From Candidatus Lustribacter sp. (GTDB lineage: Bacteria; Vulcanimicrobiota; Vulcanimicrobiia; Vulcanimicrobiales; Vulcanimicrobiaceae): a DNA stretch of 64,000 bases. Position 1 is the stretch's first letter, and every line of letters starts with the position of its first letter. Position numbers and translations under genes: made by a program. Positions 19,756 through 29,590 of the stretch are shown one piece after another. The notes under the pieces were generated by a model that was not told the origin of the DNA, did not search any database, and saw only the letters and a program-made list of their open reading frames with translations. The DNA lies in contig OZ255842.1 in NCBI GenBank assembly GCA_965277805.1, forward strand, positions 2,784,001 through 2,848,000, given 5' to 3'.

Positions 19756-20004
19756 TCAGAACGGGGTCTCGTCGTCGATGCGCTCGTCGCCCGTGGGAGC
19801 GGGCCCGGCGGGTGGGCCGTCGGCGGCGCGGAGCGTCTCTTCGGCGTTCTTCAGCAAGATCTCGCATCGCGCGACGAGCGAGCGGCCTTCTTTGAAGAGT
19901 TCGACCGCGCGTTCCAAATCGACGCTTTCGCGTTCCAATTCGTCAACGACCGCCTTCAGGCGATCGAGCGAACTCTCAAAAGAGGTTGATTTGTTCTCCG
20001 CCAT
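19756..20004 (-). CDS. xseB: Exodeoxyribonuclease VII small subunit
   Basis: SFESSLDRLKAVVDELE...LERAVELFKEG; follows xseA. Confidence 0.93.
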   Translation of the reverse strand: MAENKSTSFESSLDRLKAVVDELERESVDLERAVELFKEGRSLVARCEILLKNAEETLRAADGPPAGPAPTGDERIDDETPF

Positions 20005-21418
20005 CCGTTCCTTCGCGTTCGACGCGCGCACGCAGGGTTCCGCGAGCAAGTTCGGCCTCGATGACCGTGCCCGGCGGGGCGTCGGCCGCATCGCGAATCA
20101 GGCGCCCCCCGGCTCGAACGATCGCATAACCGCGTTTCAGCAATGTTTCGTGGTTGTTGGCATCAAATCGCGCCTTGAGCATCTCCAATTTGGCCGTATC
20201 GCGGGCGACGACGCGCAGGAACGCCGGCCGCAGCCGGGCGACGAGCGGCGCGAGACGCGCGCGCCGCTTGACGGTGATCTCGCCGCCGAGCCGTTCGAGG
20301 GCGTCGCGCAGGTTCGTGACCCGGCCGCGGCGCCGCTCGAGCAGCGCGCGCGGAGATGAGAGGGTCAAGCGCCGGTCGAGGGGCTGCAGGAGCGTGCGCG
20401 AGCGCCGGATTTGCCGTTCGGCGGCGGAGTTCAGCGCGTTGCGCAACACGTCGACGGCCTGCCGGCGCGCTTGCAGCAGGCGGCCGGGATCGGCGACCGG
20501 CGAGCGGCGTTCGATGCGTTCGAGTGCCGAGCGCGCGCGCGCCAAGCGATTCGCGAACGCACGCCTCCCGGACGCCGCGCGTTCGCCGACGAGGCGCAAC
20601 AGATCGTCGCGTTTGGGCAGTACGGTTTGCGCGGCCGTCGACGGCGTCGACGCCCGCACGTCGGCCACGAGTTCGATCAACGGGACGTCGCGTTCGTGAC
20701 CGATAGCGGCCACGGTCGGCGTCGCGCACGCCGCGAACGCGCGCACGACCCGCTCGTCGGAGAAGCCGAACAGATCTTCGTACGAACCGCCGCCGCGGAC
20801 GATGACGAGCAGATCGCTGCCCGATGCATCGGCCGCGCGAATCGCGTGCACGATCTCCGGTACCGCGCCGACGCCGTTCACGGCGGTAGGAAACAACTTC
20901 AGCGCGACGTGCGGCGCACGCTGACGCGCCTGCGTGACGAAATCGCGCGTGCCGTCGCCGGTCGGCGAACCGACGAGCGCGACGCGGAACGGATAGCGCG
21001 GTACCGGCTTCTTGCGCCCGGCCGAAAAGAGGCCTTCGCGCTGCAGTTTGGCGCTGAGCTCTTCGTACTTTGCATGGAGCGCGCCGACGCCGGTCAGTTC
21101 GAGCTTCGTTGCGACGAGCTGGTAGGTCGAGGCGGCGCGCGCGTAAATCTTCACCTCGCCGTACGCGACGACGTCCGCGCCGTTGTCGAAGGCCGGAAAC
21201 GCGGCTGCACGCTCGCCGAAGGCGACGCAGTTGAGCACCGACTCTTTGTCCTTCAGCGAGAAATACACGTTGCCGTTGGGCTGCACTTTGAGGTTCGAGA
21301 CCTCGCCCTGCACGCCGACGAAGTGCAGGTGCCGGTCGTCGTTGAGTTTCTTGTCGAGGTAGCGCGAGAGCCGGCTGGGCGTAATGACCGGCGTCTTGGT
21401 ACCCGCAGACACGCTCAC
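19976..21418 (-). CDS. xseA: Exodeoxyribonuclease VII large subunit
   Basis: GEVSN, YFSLKD, VRGGGSYEDL, AIGHERD, ADVRASTPS. Confidence 0.96.
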   Translation of the reverse strand: MSVSAGTKTPVITPSRLSRYLDKKLNDDRHLHFVGVQGEVSNLKVQPNGNVYFSLKDKESVLNCVAFGERAAAFPAFDNGADVVAYGEVKIYARAASTYQLVATKLELTGVGALHAKYEELSAKLQREGLFSAGRKKPVPRYPFRVALVGSPTGDGTRDFVTQARQRAPHVALKLFPTAVNGVGAVPEIVHAIRAADASGSDLLVIVRGGGSYEDLFGFSDERVVRAFAACATPTVAAIGHERDVPLIELVADVRASTPSTAAQTVLPKRDDLLRLVGERAASGRRAFANRLARARSALERIERRSPVADPGRLLQARRQAVDVLRNALNSAAERQIRRSRTLLQPLDRRLTLSSPRALLERRRGRVTNLRDALERLGGEITVKRRARLAPLVARLRPAFLRVVARDTAKLEMLKARFDANNHETLLKRGYAIVRAGGRLIRDAADAPPGTVIEAELARGTLRARVEREGTDGGEQINLF

Positions 21419-23580
21419 GGCGTGGGCTGGGCCTGCGGTTTGTTATCCAGCGATTCGAACGTGGTGCCGTCACCGATCGAATCGTTCGGCGTCGCCGGCG
21501 CCGCCGGCTCGGCGATCGCGGCCTTGGGCACCGTTGCGGCGGCCTTCTTCACCGCGCTGCCATTCTTCGGCACGTAGGGATTCGGCGTCGCGCCGTCACC
21601 GCACACGTGCGAGGGTTCGGTGCCGCTGATGAACACTTCGGAGCGGCCGGTATCGCACAGCGTCACGCGTCGCACCTCGCCGGCCGGCAGCGTGAAATCG
21701 TGCTTCGGCGTTTTGGCCAGCGCCGCTTTCATGAAGCGCGCCCAGATACGCGCCGGCACGTCGCCGCCGTAACTCTCGTTCATGCGGTGGTAGTTGTCGT
21801 TTCCGATCCACACCGCGGCCACCAAGTCGGGCGTAAAGCCGACGAACCAAGCATCGCGAAAGTCCGAGGTCGTGCCCGTTTTGCCGGCCGCGGGCCGGCC
21901 GATCTGCGCGTTCGGATACCCGGTGCCTTCGTTGATCACCGATTGCAGCATCGAGGTCACGACGTAGGCGGTGCCGGCGCTCACGACTTCGGTCTGCTGC
22001 GGATACGAATTGTCGAGCACCGGCGTTCCGAACGAATCGCGCACGATGCGAATCGGCGTCGGATCGATGTGGATGCCGGCGTTGGCCAGCGTGGCGTAGC
22101 CCGCCGCCTGATCGAGCGGCGCGACGCCGCTGGTGCCGAGCGCGAGCGAAAGGTTGGCTTCGAGCGGCGCCTTGACGCCCATGCGCTTCGCGTACTCCAT
22201 CACTTTGTCGATGCCGAGCTGATCCGCCAGCTTCACCGCCACGACGTTGCGCGACTGCGCGAGCGCATAACGCAGCGTGATCGGACCGAGGAAGCGATGG
22301 TCGTCATCTTGCGGCGCCCAGCGCGTGCCGTCGCCCATCGGATAGGAGATCGGCGAATCGTCGATCGTCGTGGTCGGCGACATGCCGCTGTCGATCGCGG
22401 CGGTGTAAACGTACGCCTTGAACGACGAACCGGGCTGACGGCGCGCCTGCCAAGCGCGATTGAACTGGTTGTTGAGCGAGAACGGACCGGCGCCGCCGAC
22501 CATCGCCAAGATCTCACCGGTCGAGGGACGGATCGCGACGAGCGCGCCTTCGTTCGCGCCGATACCCTCGGACTTGCCCTGAGCGATGCCCCAATCGACG
22601 GCGTCCTGCGCGGCTTGCTGCATCCGAGGATCCATCGTCGTGTAGACTTGCAAGCCGCCTTCGAACGTCGCTTGCGAACCGAACTGCGCTTCGAGCAAAT
22701 GCGTCACGTACGTCGTGAAGTACGGATACTTGTAGGACTGCAAACCGGTCGGGCGTTCGTGAATGAGTCCGAGCGGTTTGGCAAGTGCCGCATCTTCCTG
22801 GTCTTGCGAGATGAAGTCGCTCGCAACCATGCGGTCGAGGACGTGGTGCTGGCGCTCCTTCGCGCGATCGAGATTGACGAATGGCGAATAGTCCGACGGC
22901 GCCGCCGGCAAACCGGCCAGCATCGCGGCCTGACCGATCGTCAAGTGCGAGACGTCGGTGCCGAAATACGTATGCGCGGCCGCCTGAATGCCGTAGGCAC
23001 CCGAACCGAAGTAGATGATGTTGAGGTAGCGCTCGAGGATCTCGTCCTTCGTGTAGTAGCGCTCGATCTCGATCGCCAGCAGCGCTTCCTGCACTTTGCG
23101 CGAGAGCGACACCTCACCGTTGAGAAACAGACGGCGCGCTAACTGCTGCGTGATCGTCGAGGCGCCCTGGAACTGTTCGTGGCGCCAGTCGGCGATGCCG
23201 GCGCGCAGAATGCCGCCGAAATCCACGCCGTGATGCTGGTAGAAATGCTGATCTTCGGTGGCGATGAACGCGTTGCGGACCGGTACCGGGATCTGCGCGA
23301 TCGGCACCCAGATCCGGTTCTCGGTATAGAGGTTCGCGAGCTGCGAGCCGTCGCGCGCGAAGACGCGCGTCGAACGCGAGGGCTGATAGTCCGCCATCCG
23401 GTTGATGTCGGGCAAGTTGCGCGAGTACGACGCGACGAGGCCCGCGACGATGCCCGCGCCGAGCAGCACCACGAACATCGCGATGAGCCCGATGATGCGC
23501 AGAACGCTGCTCCCCGGCCGGCCCGGAGCGCGCTTGCGCGTGCGCGACTTCGCGCGGGGCCGCGCCGCGCTACGCGCCAC
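21415..23580 (-). CDS. Class A penicillin-binding protein (PBP1A family)
   Basis: EDQHFYQHHG, GASTITQQLAR, RQPGSSFK, SRN, GKTGT. Confidence 0.96.
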   Translation of the reverse strand: MARSAARPRAKSRTRKRAPGRPGSSVLRIIGLIAMFVVLLGAGIVAGLVASYSRNLPDINRMADYQPSRSTRVFARDGSQLANLYTENRIWVPIAQIPVPVRNAFIATEDQHFYQHHGVDFGGILRAGIADWRHEQFQGASTITQQLARRLFLNGEVSLSRKVQEALLAIEIERYYTKDEILERYLNIIYFGSGAYGIQAAAHTYFGTDVSHLTIGQAAMLAGLPAAPSDYSPFVNLDRAKERQHHVLDRMVASDFISQDQEDAALAKPLGLIHERPTGLQSYKYPYFTTYVTHLLEAQFGSQATFEGGLQVYTTMDPRMQQAAQDAVDWGIAQGKSEGIGANEGALVAIRPSTGEILAMVGGAGPFSLNNQFNRAWQARRQPGSSFKAYVYTAAIDSGMSPTTTIDDSPISYPMGDGTRWAPQDDDHRFLGPITLRYALAQSRNVVAVKLADQLGIDKVMEYAKRMGVKAPLEANLSLALGTSGVAPLDQAAGYATLANAGIHIDPTPIRIVRDSFGTPVLDNSYPQQTEVVSAGTAYVVTSMLQSVINEGTGYPNAQIGRPAAGKTGTTSDFRDAWFVGFTPDLVAAVWIGNDNYHRMNESYGGDVPARIWARFMKAALAKTPKHDFTLPAGEVRRVTLCDTGRSEVFISGTEPSHVCGDGATPNPYVPKNGSAVKKAAATVPKAAIAEPAAPATPNDSIGDGTTFESLDNKPQAQPTP

Positions 23581-23971
23581 GTGCCGCTCGCGAGAGCACG
23601 CCGTTGACGAACCGGCCCGAATCCTCGGTGGAAAACTTCTTCGCCAACTCGACGGCTTCGTTGATCACGACGGGCTGCGGGGTTTCGGTGCGATGGCGCA
23701 ACTCGAACACGCCCATGCGCAGCACGATGCGGTCGATCGTCGGCAAACGTTCGAGCGTCCAGCCTTCGAGCAGCGGTCCGATCAGCGCATCGCTCTCCTC
23801 GGCGAACTCGAGCGTGCCGAACACGAGGTCTTTCACGAACGCGCGGCCGTCGGCGCCGTCGATGCGGGCCGTCGTTTCGACGAGCATATCCTCGGCGGTG
23901 CGGTGACCGACTTCGGTACCGTACAACGTCTGCAAAGCCAGCTCACGCGCAAACCGCCGCGACGAGCTCAT
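23570..23971 (-). CDS. nusB: Transcription antitermination factor NusB
   Basis: RRFARELALQTLY, VINEAVELAK, FVNGVL. Confidence 0.96.
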   Translation of the reverse strand: MSSSRRFARELALQTLYGTEVGHRTAEDMLVETTARIDGADGRAFVKDLVFGTLEFAEESDALIGPLLEGWTLERLPTIDRIVLRMGVFELRHRTETPQPVVINEAVELAKKFSTEDSGRFVNGVLSRAARGA

Positions 23972-25326
23972 ACCGCTGCCGGCACGCGTTGCGCCAGGTA
24001 GCGGGGGAGCCAGTCCACGCCGAGGCCCGCGCGATGGAAATCCGGGTCGCGCATGATCTCACGGCAGAACTCGACCGTCGTCTTCACGCCCTCGATACGT
24101 GTTTCCGCGAGCGCACGTTCCATTCGCATGATCGCCGATTCGCGGGTGCGGCCGGTCACGATGATCTTGGCAAGCATCGAATCGTAGAACGGCGGCACGA
24201 CCGATCCCGAGTACACGTGCGTGTCGACTCGCACGCCCGGGCCGCCCGGGAATTCAACGCGTCCGAGCGTTCCGGCCGCCGGCGCGAAGTTGTTCTCCGG
24301 GTCCTCGGCGTTAACGCGCACTTCGATCGCGCAGCCGTGCGGCTGCAGGTCGGCCTGCGTGAAGCCGAGCCGCTCGCCGGCCGCAATGCGAATCTGTTCT
24401 TTGACGAGATCGACGCCGTACACCATCTCGGTGACCGGATGCTCGACTTGGATGCGGGTGTTCATCTCCATGAAGTACACGTTGGGACCGTCGACCAGAA
24501 ATTCCAGCGTCCCGGCGTTGGTGTATTTCACGGCGCGCGCCGCGGTGACCGCGATGTCGTGCAGGCGATCGCGCACCGCCGGATCGAGCGCCGCCGCCGG
24601 CGCTTCTTCGATCAGCTTTTGATGCGAAGGCTTCTGTACGGAACAATCGCGCTCGCCCAGATGCACGACGTCGCCGTATTGATCGCCGAGCACTTGCACT
24701 TCGATGTGCCGCGGCGAGCGGATCAGTTTTTCAACGTACATGCGGCCGTCTTTGAACGACGCCTCGGCTTCGGCCGACGCGTTTGCAAATGCCGAGGCCA
24801 TCTCGGCCGGCGACTCTACCGCGCGCATGCCCTTGCCGCCGCCGCCGGCCGTTGCCTTGAGCAGCACCGGGTAGCCGATCTCGGCGGCAAACGCGGCCGC
24901 GGCTTCGGGCGAGGTGAGGATGCCGCTGCCGGGGGTCGTCGGTACGCCCGACTCGTCCATGATGCGGCGCGCCGTCGCCTTGTCGCCCATCGCGGCGATG
25001 ACACTCGGTTCCGGCCCGATGAACGTGAGCCCGTGGTCGCGCGCGATTTCGGCGAAGCGCGCGTTCTCGGCGAGAAAACCGTATCCGGGGTGGATCGCAT
25101 CGGCGCCGCAGATCAGCCCGGTCGAGATGATGTTGGCGATGTTGAGATACGACGATGCGACCGGACCCGCACCGACGCAGAACGCTTCGTCCGCGTGGCG
25201 CACGTGCAGCGAGCCGCGATCGGCTTGGCTGAAGATCGCGACGGTCGCGACGCCGAGTTCGTGACATGCGCGATTGATGCGCAGCGCGATCTCGCCGCGA
25301 TTAGCGATGAGTACCTTACGAAACAC
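23968..25326 (-). CDS. accC: Biotin carboxylase
   Basis: KVLIANRGEIA, HPGYGFLAEN, GGGGKGMR, EMNTRIQVEHPVTE. Confidence 0.97.
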   Translation of the reverse strand: MFRKVLIANRGEIALRINRACHELGVATVAIFSQADRGSLHVRHADEAFCVGAGPVASSYLNIANIISTGLICGADAIHPGYGFLAENARFAEIARDHGLTFIGPEPSVIAAMGDKATARRIMDESGVPTTPGSGILTSPEAAAAFAAEIGYPVLLKATAGGGGKGMRAVESPAEMASAFANASAEAEASFKDGRMYVEKLIRSPRHIEVQVLGDQYGDVVHLGERDCSVQKPSHQKLIEEAPAAALDPAVRDRLHDIAVTAARAVKYTNAGTLEFLVDGPNVYFMEMNTRIQVEHPVTEMVYGVDLVKEQIRIAAGERLGFTQADLQPHGCAIEVRVNAEDPENNFAPAAGTLGRVEFPGGPGVRVDTHVYSGSVVPPFYDSMLAKIIVTGRTRESAIMRMERALAETRIEGVKTTVEFCREIMRDPDFHRAGLGVDWLPRYLAQRVPAAV

Positions 25327-25329
25327 GAG

Positions 25330-25734
25330 TTACCGTTCGATCGCGAACAGCGGCTGACCGTATTCAACCGGTTGGCCGTCGGTGACGTAGATCATGGCGA
25401 CGCGTCCCGGGCCGCGCGAACGAACCGGATTGCGGATGCCCAGCGTTTCGACGTAGGCCAGCTCGCGATCACCCTCGAGCGTCATTCCCTCGTTCACCGC
25501 AGGACGCAAGTAGCGGATGATGCCCACGACGTCGGCCAGAATCGCCTCGACGGGACGCGCGGCGGCCGGCTCCTTCGCCGGGCCGGCTGCGGCCCCGGCG
25601 CCCGTGAGCGTCGCCGGAGCGCGGCGGAATTCGACCTCGAACTCGCCATCTTTCACCCGCAGCCGCGTGAGCCCACCATCGCTGAAGGCCCTGGCCAGCG
25701 GGCGCACGCGCTCCGCAATTGTGTCTTGGAACAT
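25330..25734 (-). CDS. Biotin carboxyl carrier protein homolog lacking the biotinylated lysine
   Basis: BCCP architecture and position (N-terminal LRVKDGEFEV, Ala/Pro linker, DGQPVEYGQPLFAIE), but VETLGIRNPV replaces EAMKxxN. Confidence 0.85.
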   Translation of the reverse strand: MFQDTIAERVRPLARAFSDGGLTRLRVKDGEFEVEFRRAPATLTGAGAAAGPAKEPAAARPVEAILADVVGIIRYLRPAVNEGMTLEGDRELAYVETLGIRNPVRSRGPGRVAMIYVTDGQPVEYGQPLFAIER

Positions 25735-25821
25735 CGAAAGGCCGATTTTCGAGACAACCGGGAGCGGTCCCGCTGGGCCATATAGAATAGGCGAACGAGC
25801 GATTGTCTTCGGAGAGGGCGA

Positions 25822-27825
25822 TTGAGCGCAACTCAGGTGACCGTTAACCTCGACTCGTGGTTCCGCGTCGTCTATCCGCAAGATTTCAACTTGCCCGGTT
25901 CGCTTGCTCATGCCCTCGACGCGGCCGGTATCGCCCATCAGGCCGGAACCTTCCCCTATACCGGCGACGGCGGCGACGACGTCAGCGTCGCTTACTTGGT
26001 CGAGGCCGAGCGCTTGGCCGCACTGGGTTCGCATAAAAAGATCAGGCACGCGCTCGAATTGATCGAACACGCCGGCTCCGCGGCGACGATCGTCGTCGCC
26101 GACCCCGGCGAGATCGCGATGATGTGGCTGGCCGAGAGCGAGCACATTGCCGGCTGGCTCGTCCGTCCGCTCGATCCGGTGGCGGTCATCGCCACGATCA
26201 CCGCGGCCCGCCGCATGCTCAAAGACCGCGCCGAGGCCGGGCGCATGAGCGAGATGGCCGTGGCAATGACGGAAGAGACCGACCGCTTGCTCTCGATCGG
26301 CGTCGCACTTTCGGCCGAACGCGACATCTCGAAGCTGCACGAACTGATCGTGCGCAACGCGCGCGAACTGACGCGCGCCGACGGCGGCAGCCTTTTCCTG
26401 GTCGAAAAGGACGAGAGCGGCACCGACAAGCTGCGTTTCGCGGTGGCCCAAACCGGCCCCGACGACGCCGGTACGCATTTGGGCGCCGTGCTGCCGCTCA
26501 CGCGCGGCTCGGTCGCAGGCTACGTCGCCCTCAGCGGCGAGGTGGTGCGGCTCGACGACGCCTACGAAATTCCCGAAGAGTCGGAATTCCGCTTCAACCA
26601 ATCGTTCGACAAACAGAACGGCTACCGGTCGAAGTCGATGATGGTCGTGCCGATGCGCGACCACGAGAACGCGATCGTCGGCGTCATTCAGCTGATCAAT
26701 CGCAAACCCGAGTTCGAACTCGTGCTGACCTCGCCGACGATGACCGAGCAAGTCGTCGAGCCGTTTACCACGCGCGACGAAAGCGTCTTGCTGTCATTGG
26801 CCTCGCAGGCCGGGGTCGCGCTGGAAAACAAAGCGCTGCTCGAATCGATCCAGGACCTCTTCGAACAGTTCGTGCGCGCGTCGGTCAAGGCGATCGAAGT
26901 GCGCGACAAGTCCACGCAGGGCCACTCCTCGCGCGTCGCCGAGCTGACCGTCGCCCAAGCGATTGCCGCGAATGCGGTCGAATCCGGCAAGTTCGCGCAA
27001 CTGCACTTCAACGAAGATGCTTTGCGCGAGATGCGCTACGCCGCGCTGCTGCACGATTTCGGCAAGGTCGCCGTGCCCGAGTACATCTTCGGCAAAGCGA
27101 AGAAACTGCCCGACGGCAAACTCGACGCGATCCGCCTGCGGTTTCTCCTCGCGATCAACCAGATCGAAGCGCTCGGTGCGCGGCGCAAATTCGAACTGCT
27201 GCAATCGGGCGTCGCGCTCGACGATCACCGCATCGTGGAGATCGACGCCGATACGACCTCGCACGCGGGCGAGCTGCAGGCCCTGCTCGCGACGGTCGAG
27301 TCGGCGAACGAACCGCGCGTGGTTGCGGCGGAAATCGGCGCGCTGCTCGACTCCATCATCGGCAAGACGTATCGCGATCTCGAAGAGGAAAAGCCGCTGC
27401 TCGATACGGCCGAGTTCGATTTCCTGCGCATTCCGCGCGGCTCGCTCTCCAATGACGAACGCCAGAAGATGGAACAGCACGTCACGCAGTCGTTTTACTT
27501 CCTGCGTGAAATCCCGTGGGCCAAGACACCGTGGCGCAACGTGCCCGACCTCGCCTACGGTCATCACGAACACCTCGACGGCACCGGATATCCGCGCGGG
27601 CTCAAGGACACCGAGATCGCGCCGCAAGTACGCATGCTGACGATCGCCGACGTCTACGACGCCTTGACCGCGAAGGACCGGCCGTACAAAGCAGCGATGC
27701 CGATCGACCGCGCGCTCGACATCCTGGTCAAGGAATTTGCCCAGCGCGGCAAGGTCGATAGCGAGCTGCTCGACCTCTTCATCGCCCGCAAAGTCTACGA
27801 GACGATCGACGTCGCCAAGACATAG
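25822..27825 (+). CDS. GAF + HD-GYP cyclic-dinucleotide phosphodiesterase
   Basis: GAF (FNQSFDKQNGYRSKSMMVVPM); TQGHSSRV, LLHDFGK, HHEHLDGTGYP, IADVYDALT, RPYK. Confidence 0.92.
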   Translation: MSATQVTVNLDSWFRVVYPQDFNLPGSLAHALDAAGIAHQAGTFPYTGDGGDDVSVAYLVEAERLAALGSHKKIRHALELIEHAGSAATIVVADPGEIAMMWLAESEHIAGWLVRPLDPVAVIATITAARRMLKDRAEAGRMSEMAVAMTEETDRLLSIGVALSAERDISKLHELIVRNARELTRADGGSLFLVEKDESGTDKLRFAVAQTGPDDAGTHLGAVLPLTRGSVAGYVALSGEVVRLDDAYEIPEESEFRFNQSFDKQNGYRSKSMMVVPMRDHENAIVGVIQLINRKPEFELVLTSPTMTEQVVEPFTTRDESVLLSLASQAGVALENKALLESIQDLFEQFVRASVKAIEVRDKSTQGHSSRVAELTVAQAIAANAVESGKFAQLHFNEDALREMRYAALLHDFGKVAVPEYIFGKAKKLPDGKLDAIRLRFLLAINQIEALGARRKFELLQSGVALDDHRIVEIDADTTSHAGELQALLATVESANEPRVVAAEIGALLDSIIGKTYRDLEEEKPLLDTAEFDFLRIPRGSLSNDERQKMEQHVTQSFYFLREIPWAKTPWRNVPDLAYGHHEHLDGTGYPRGLKDTEIAPQVRMLTIADVYDALTAKDRPYKAAMPIDRALDILVKEFAQRGKVDSELLDLFIARKVYETIDVAKT

Positions 27826-27913
27826 GCATGACGCGGGTCACATGATCTAAATCACAAGCTTGGGCGCGGTCCAGGTGCTTGCCGCGGCACACCCGTACGC
27901 CGCTACCACGCCC

Positions 27914-28381
27914 ATGTTTGCTTTAGCTCTAGTCGCAGTAGCAGCAATCATTTTGGCGGTGATCTTCATCGCCGAGAGCGCTCGCCTGCGCAAAGCCGAG
28001 AAGTTGCGCGCCACGCCGCGCAGCAAAGCCCGCCGGCAACCGCACCTCGAAGACGCAATCCGCGCCGCGTTCGACGGACCGAACGAAAAGCACGGTGAGA
28101 TCTTTCTCAGCTATTCCGTCTGGAAGCGCGAGCAAGAGACGCGGCTCGAACTCCTCGCCGCCGATCCGTTCGGACGGCTCAACGAGTTCACGCGCTGCCT
28201 CATCGTACGCCATCTCTGGCGCGCACTCGAAAGTCTTTCGGCAGGCTCCGTCGTGATGGTCGATAACCCGCCGCAAACGTGGTCGGTCACGGTCGACCGC
28301 AGCTTCCACGACCACGGCATCGACCCGTGGCGTCTCCCGCCGATCAACCTCGCGCCCGCTCCGCAATTCGTCAACGACTAA
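27914..28381 (+). CDS. Hypothetical protein with N-terminal TM anchor
   Basis: Hydrophobic N-terminus; typical codon usage. Confidence 0.6.
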   Translation: MFALALVAVAAIILAVIFIAESARLRKAEKLRATPRSKARRQPHLEDAIRAAFDGPNEKHGEIFLSYSVWKREQETRLELLAADPFGRLNEFTRCLIVRHLWRALESLSAGSVVMVDNPPQTWSVTVDRSFHDHGIDPWRLPPINLAPAPQFVND

Positions 28382-28460
28382 CCCGCGGGTTTGCGTTGAT
28401 GGAGAATGAATTGATGTCATCGAGTCGATGCCGTTAATTTTCACAGCGCCCTTTCGGAAG

Positions 28461-29111
28461 TTACGGGCGGTAGACGAGGCCGATTCCGATGACGGGTTGG
28501 ATGAGGCGGGTTCGGAATTGCGAGGCGGTGGCGGCGAGGTCGGATTGAAAGACGGGGTTGGCTGCGAGCGGGCCGGTTGCCGTCGTTGAGAGCGTGCCGT
28601 TGCGCACGACGATGCCGGCGTCGAACGCGATCGTGAGGCCGCGCAGGATGCCGGTGCCGGCGCCGAAGCCGGCATAGATTGCCGGCCGCGCGTACGACAC
28701 GCGAGCGGAGACGACGCCCGCGCCGCTCACCGGATAGCTGTTGCCGTTGAGCAGGTAGTTGCCGCTGTTGCTCTGCGCGACTTTGTTGACGTAGTCACCG
28801 CCGAAGAGCAGGCCGCCCGAGAGACGCCAGCGCCCGCCGTAGGGTCGCCAGTCCATCGCGACGAGAACGTTGTTTTCGTGGAACGTCGACGTCCACGGCG
28901 CATTGTTGTACGTCTGCTGGTTCGTCGTCGAGAGCGCACCGGTCGTGACGCGCGCGCTTAGGTCGAAGAGCAGCGGGCGCTCGAGCGTCACGCCTGCCCC
29001 GAGCGTGCCGATGTGCGCGCCGATCGAGATCGGATCGAACGAATCGGCGCGCGCGGTCACCGGTATCAGGCACAGCGCGCTAAGCAGCACCGCGACGGAG
29101 CGCCATTTCAT
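28461..29111 (-). CDS. Putative outer-membrane beta-barrel protein
   Basis: Signal peptide; IGTLGAG, DWRP, PAIYAGFG and PVIGIGLVYRP amphipathic strands. Confidence 0.7.
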   Translation of the reverse strand: MKWRSVAVLLSALCLIPVTARADSFDPISIGAHIGTLGAGVTLERPLLFDLSARVTTGALSTTNQQTYNNAPWTSTFHENNVLVAMDWRPYGGRWRLSGGLLFGGDYVNKVAQSNSGNYLLNGNSYPVSGAGVVSARVSYARPAIYAGFGAGTGILRGLTIAFDAGIVVRNGTLSTTATGPLAANPVFQSDLAATASQFRTRLIQPVIGIGLVYRP

Positions 29112-29590
29112 CACGGCCCCCCTTCGCTCTCGAACGCTCCGATTCGTTCAACCGCAGCGAGATCGTCCGGCGGCAACGCGTCGCGAGCGGCGGCATACGA
29201 CGGTTCGATCTCGGCGAGCGGCACGAGTGCGAACGCACGCTCGTAGAGGCGAGCATGCGGGATCGTCAGGTTGGGATCGTCGCGCTTCACGCCTTCGGCA
29301 TCGAGAATGTCGACGTCGATCGCGCGCGGACCCCAGCGCACGCTCGCCACGCGGCCCAGTTCGCGTTCGAGCGCCTTGAGCGCGAGCAGCAGCGCATCGG
29401 GGTCGAGTGCCGTCTCGAGCGCGAGCGCGGCGTTCACGAAGGGCGGCTGTTCGGTGACGCCCCACGGCGGCGTGCGATAGAGCGATGACACGGCAGTGAC
29501 CCGGCCGAGCGCCGCCAGCCGTCCCTTCGCTTCATTGAGCGTAGCGACCGGATCGCCGAGATTGGCGCCCAATCCCAGGAACGCTTTCAC
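29111..29590 (-). CDS. folK: 6-hydroxymethyl-7,8-dihydropterin pyrophosphokinase
   Basis: FLGLGANLGD, RWGPRAIDVDIL, LTIPH, RAFALVPL. Confidence 0.96.
   Translation of the reverse strand: MKAFLGLGANLGDPVATLNEAKGRLAALGRVTAVSSLYRTPPWGVTEQPPFVNAALALETALDPDALLLALKALERELGRVASVRWGPRAIDVDILDAEGVKRDDPNLTIPHARLYERAFALVPLAEIEPSYAAARDALPPDDLAAVERIGAFESEGGP

Noticed and set aside
28380-28460. ncRNA or terminator between convergent genes
   Set aside because: Only short palindromes (AACCCGCGGGTT, CATCGAGTCGATG) without a convincing loop or U-tract.
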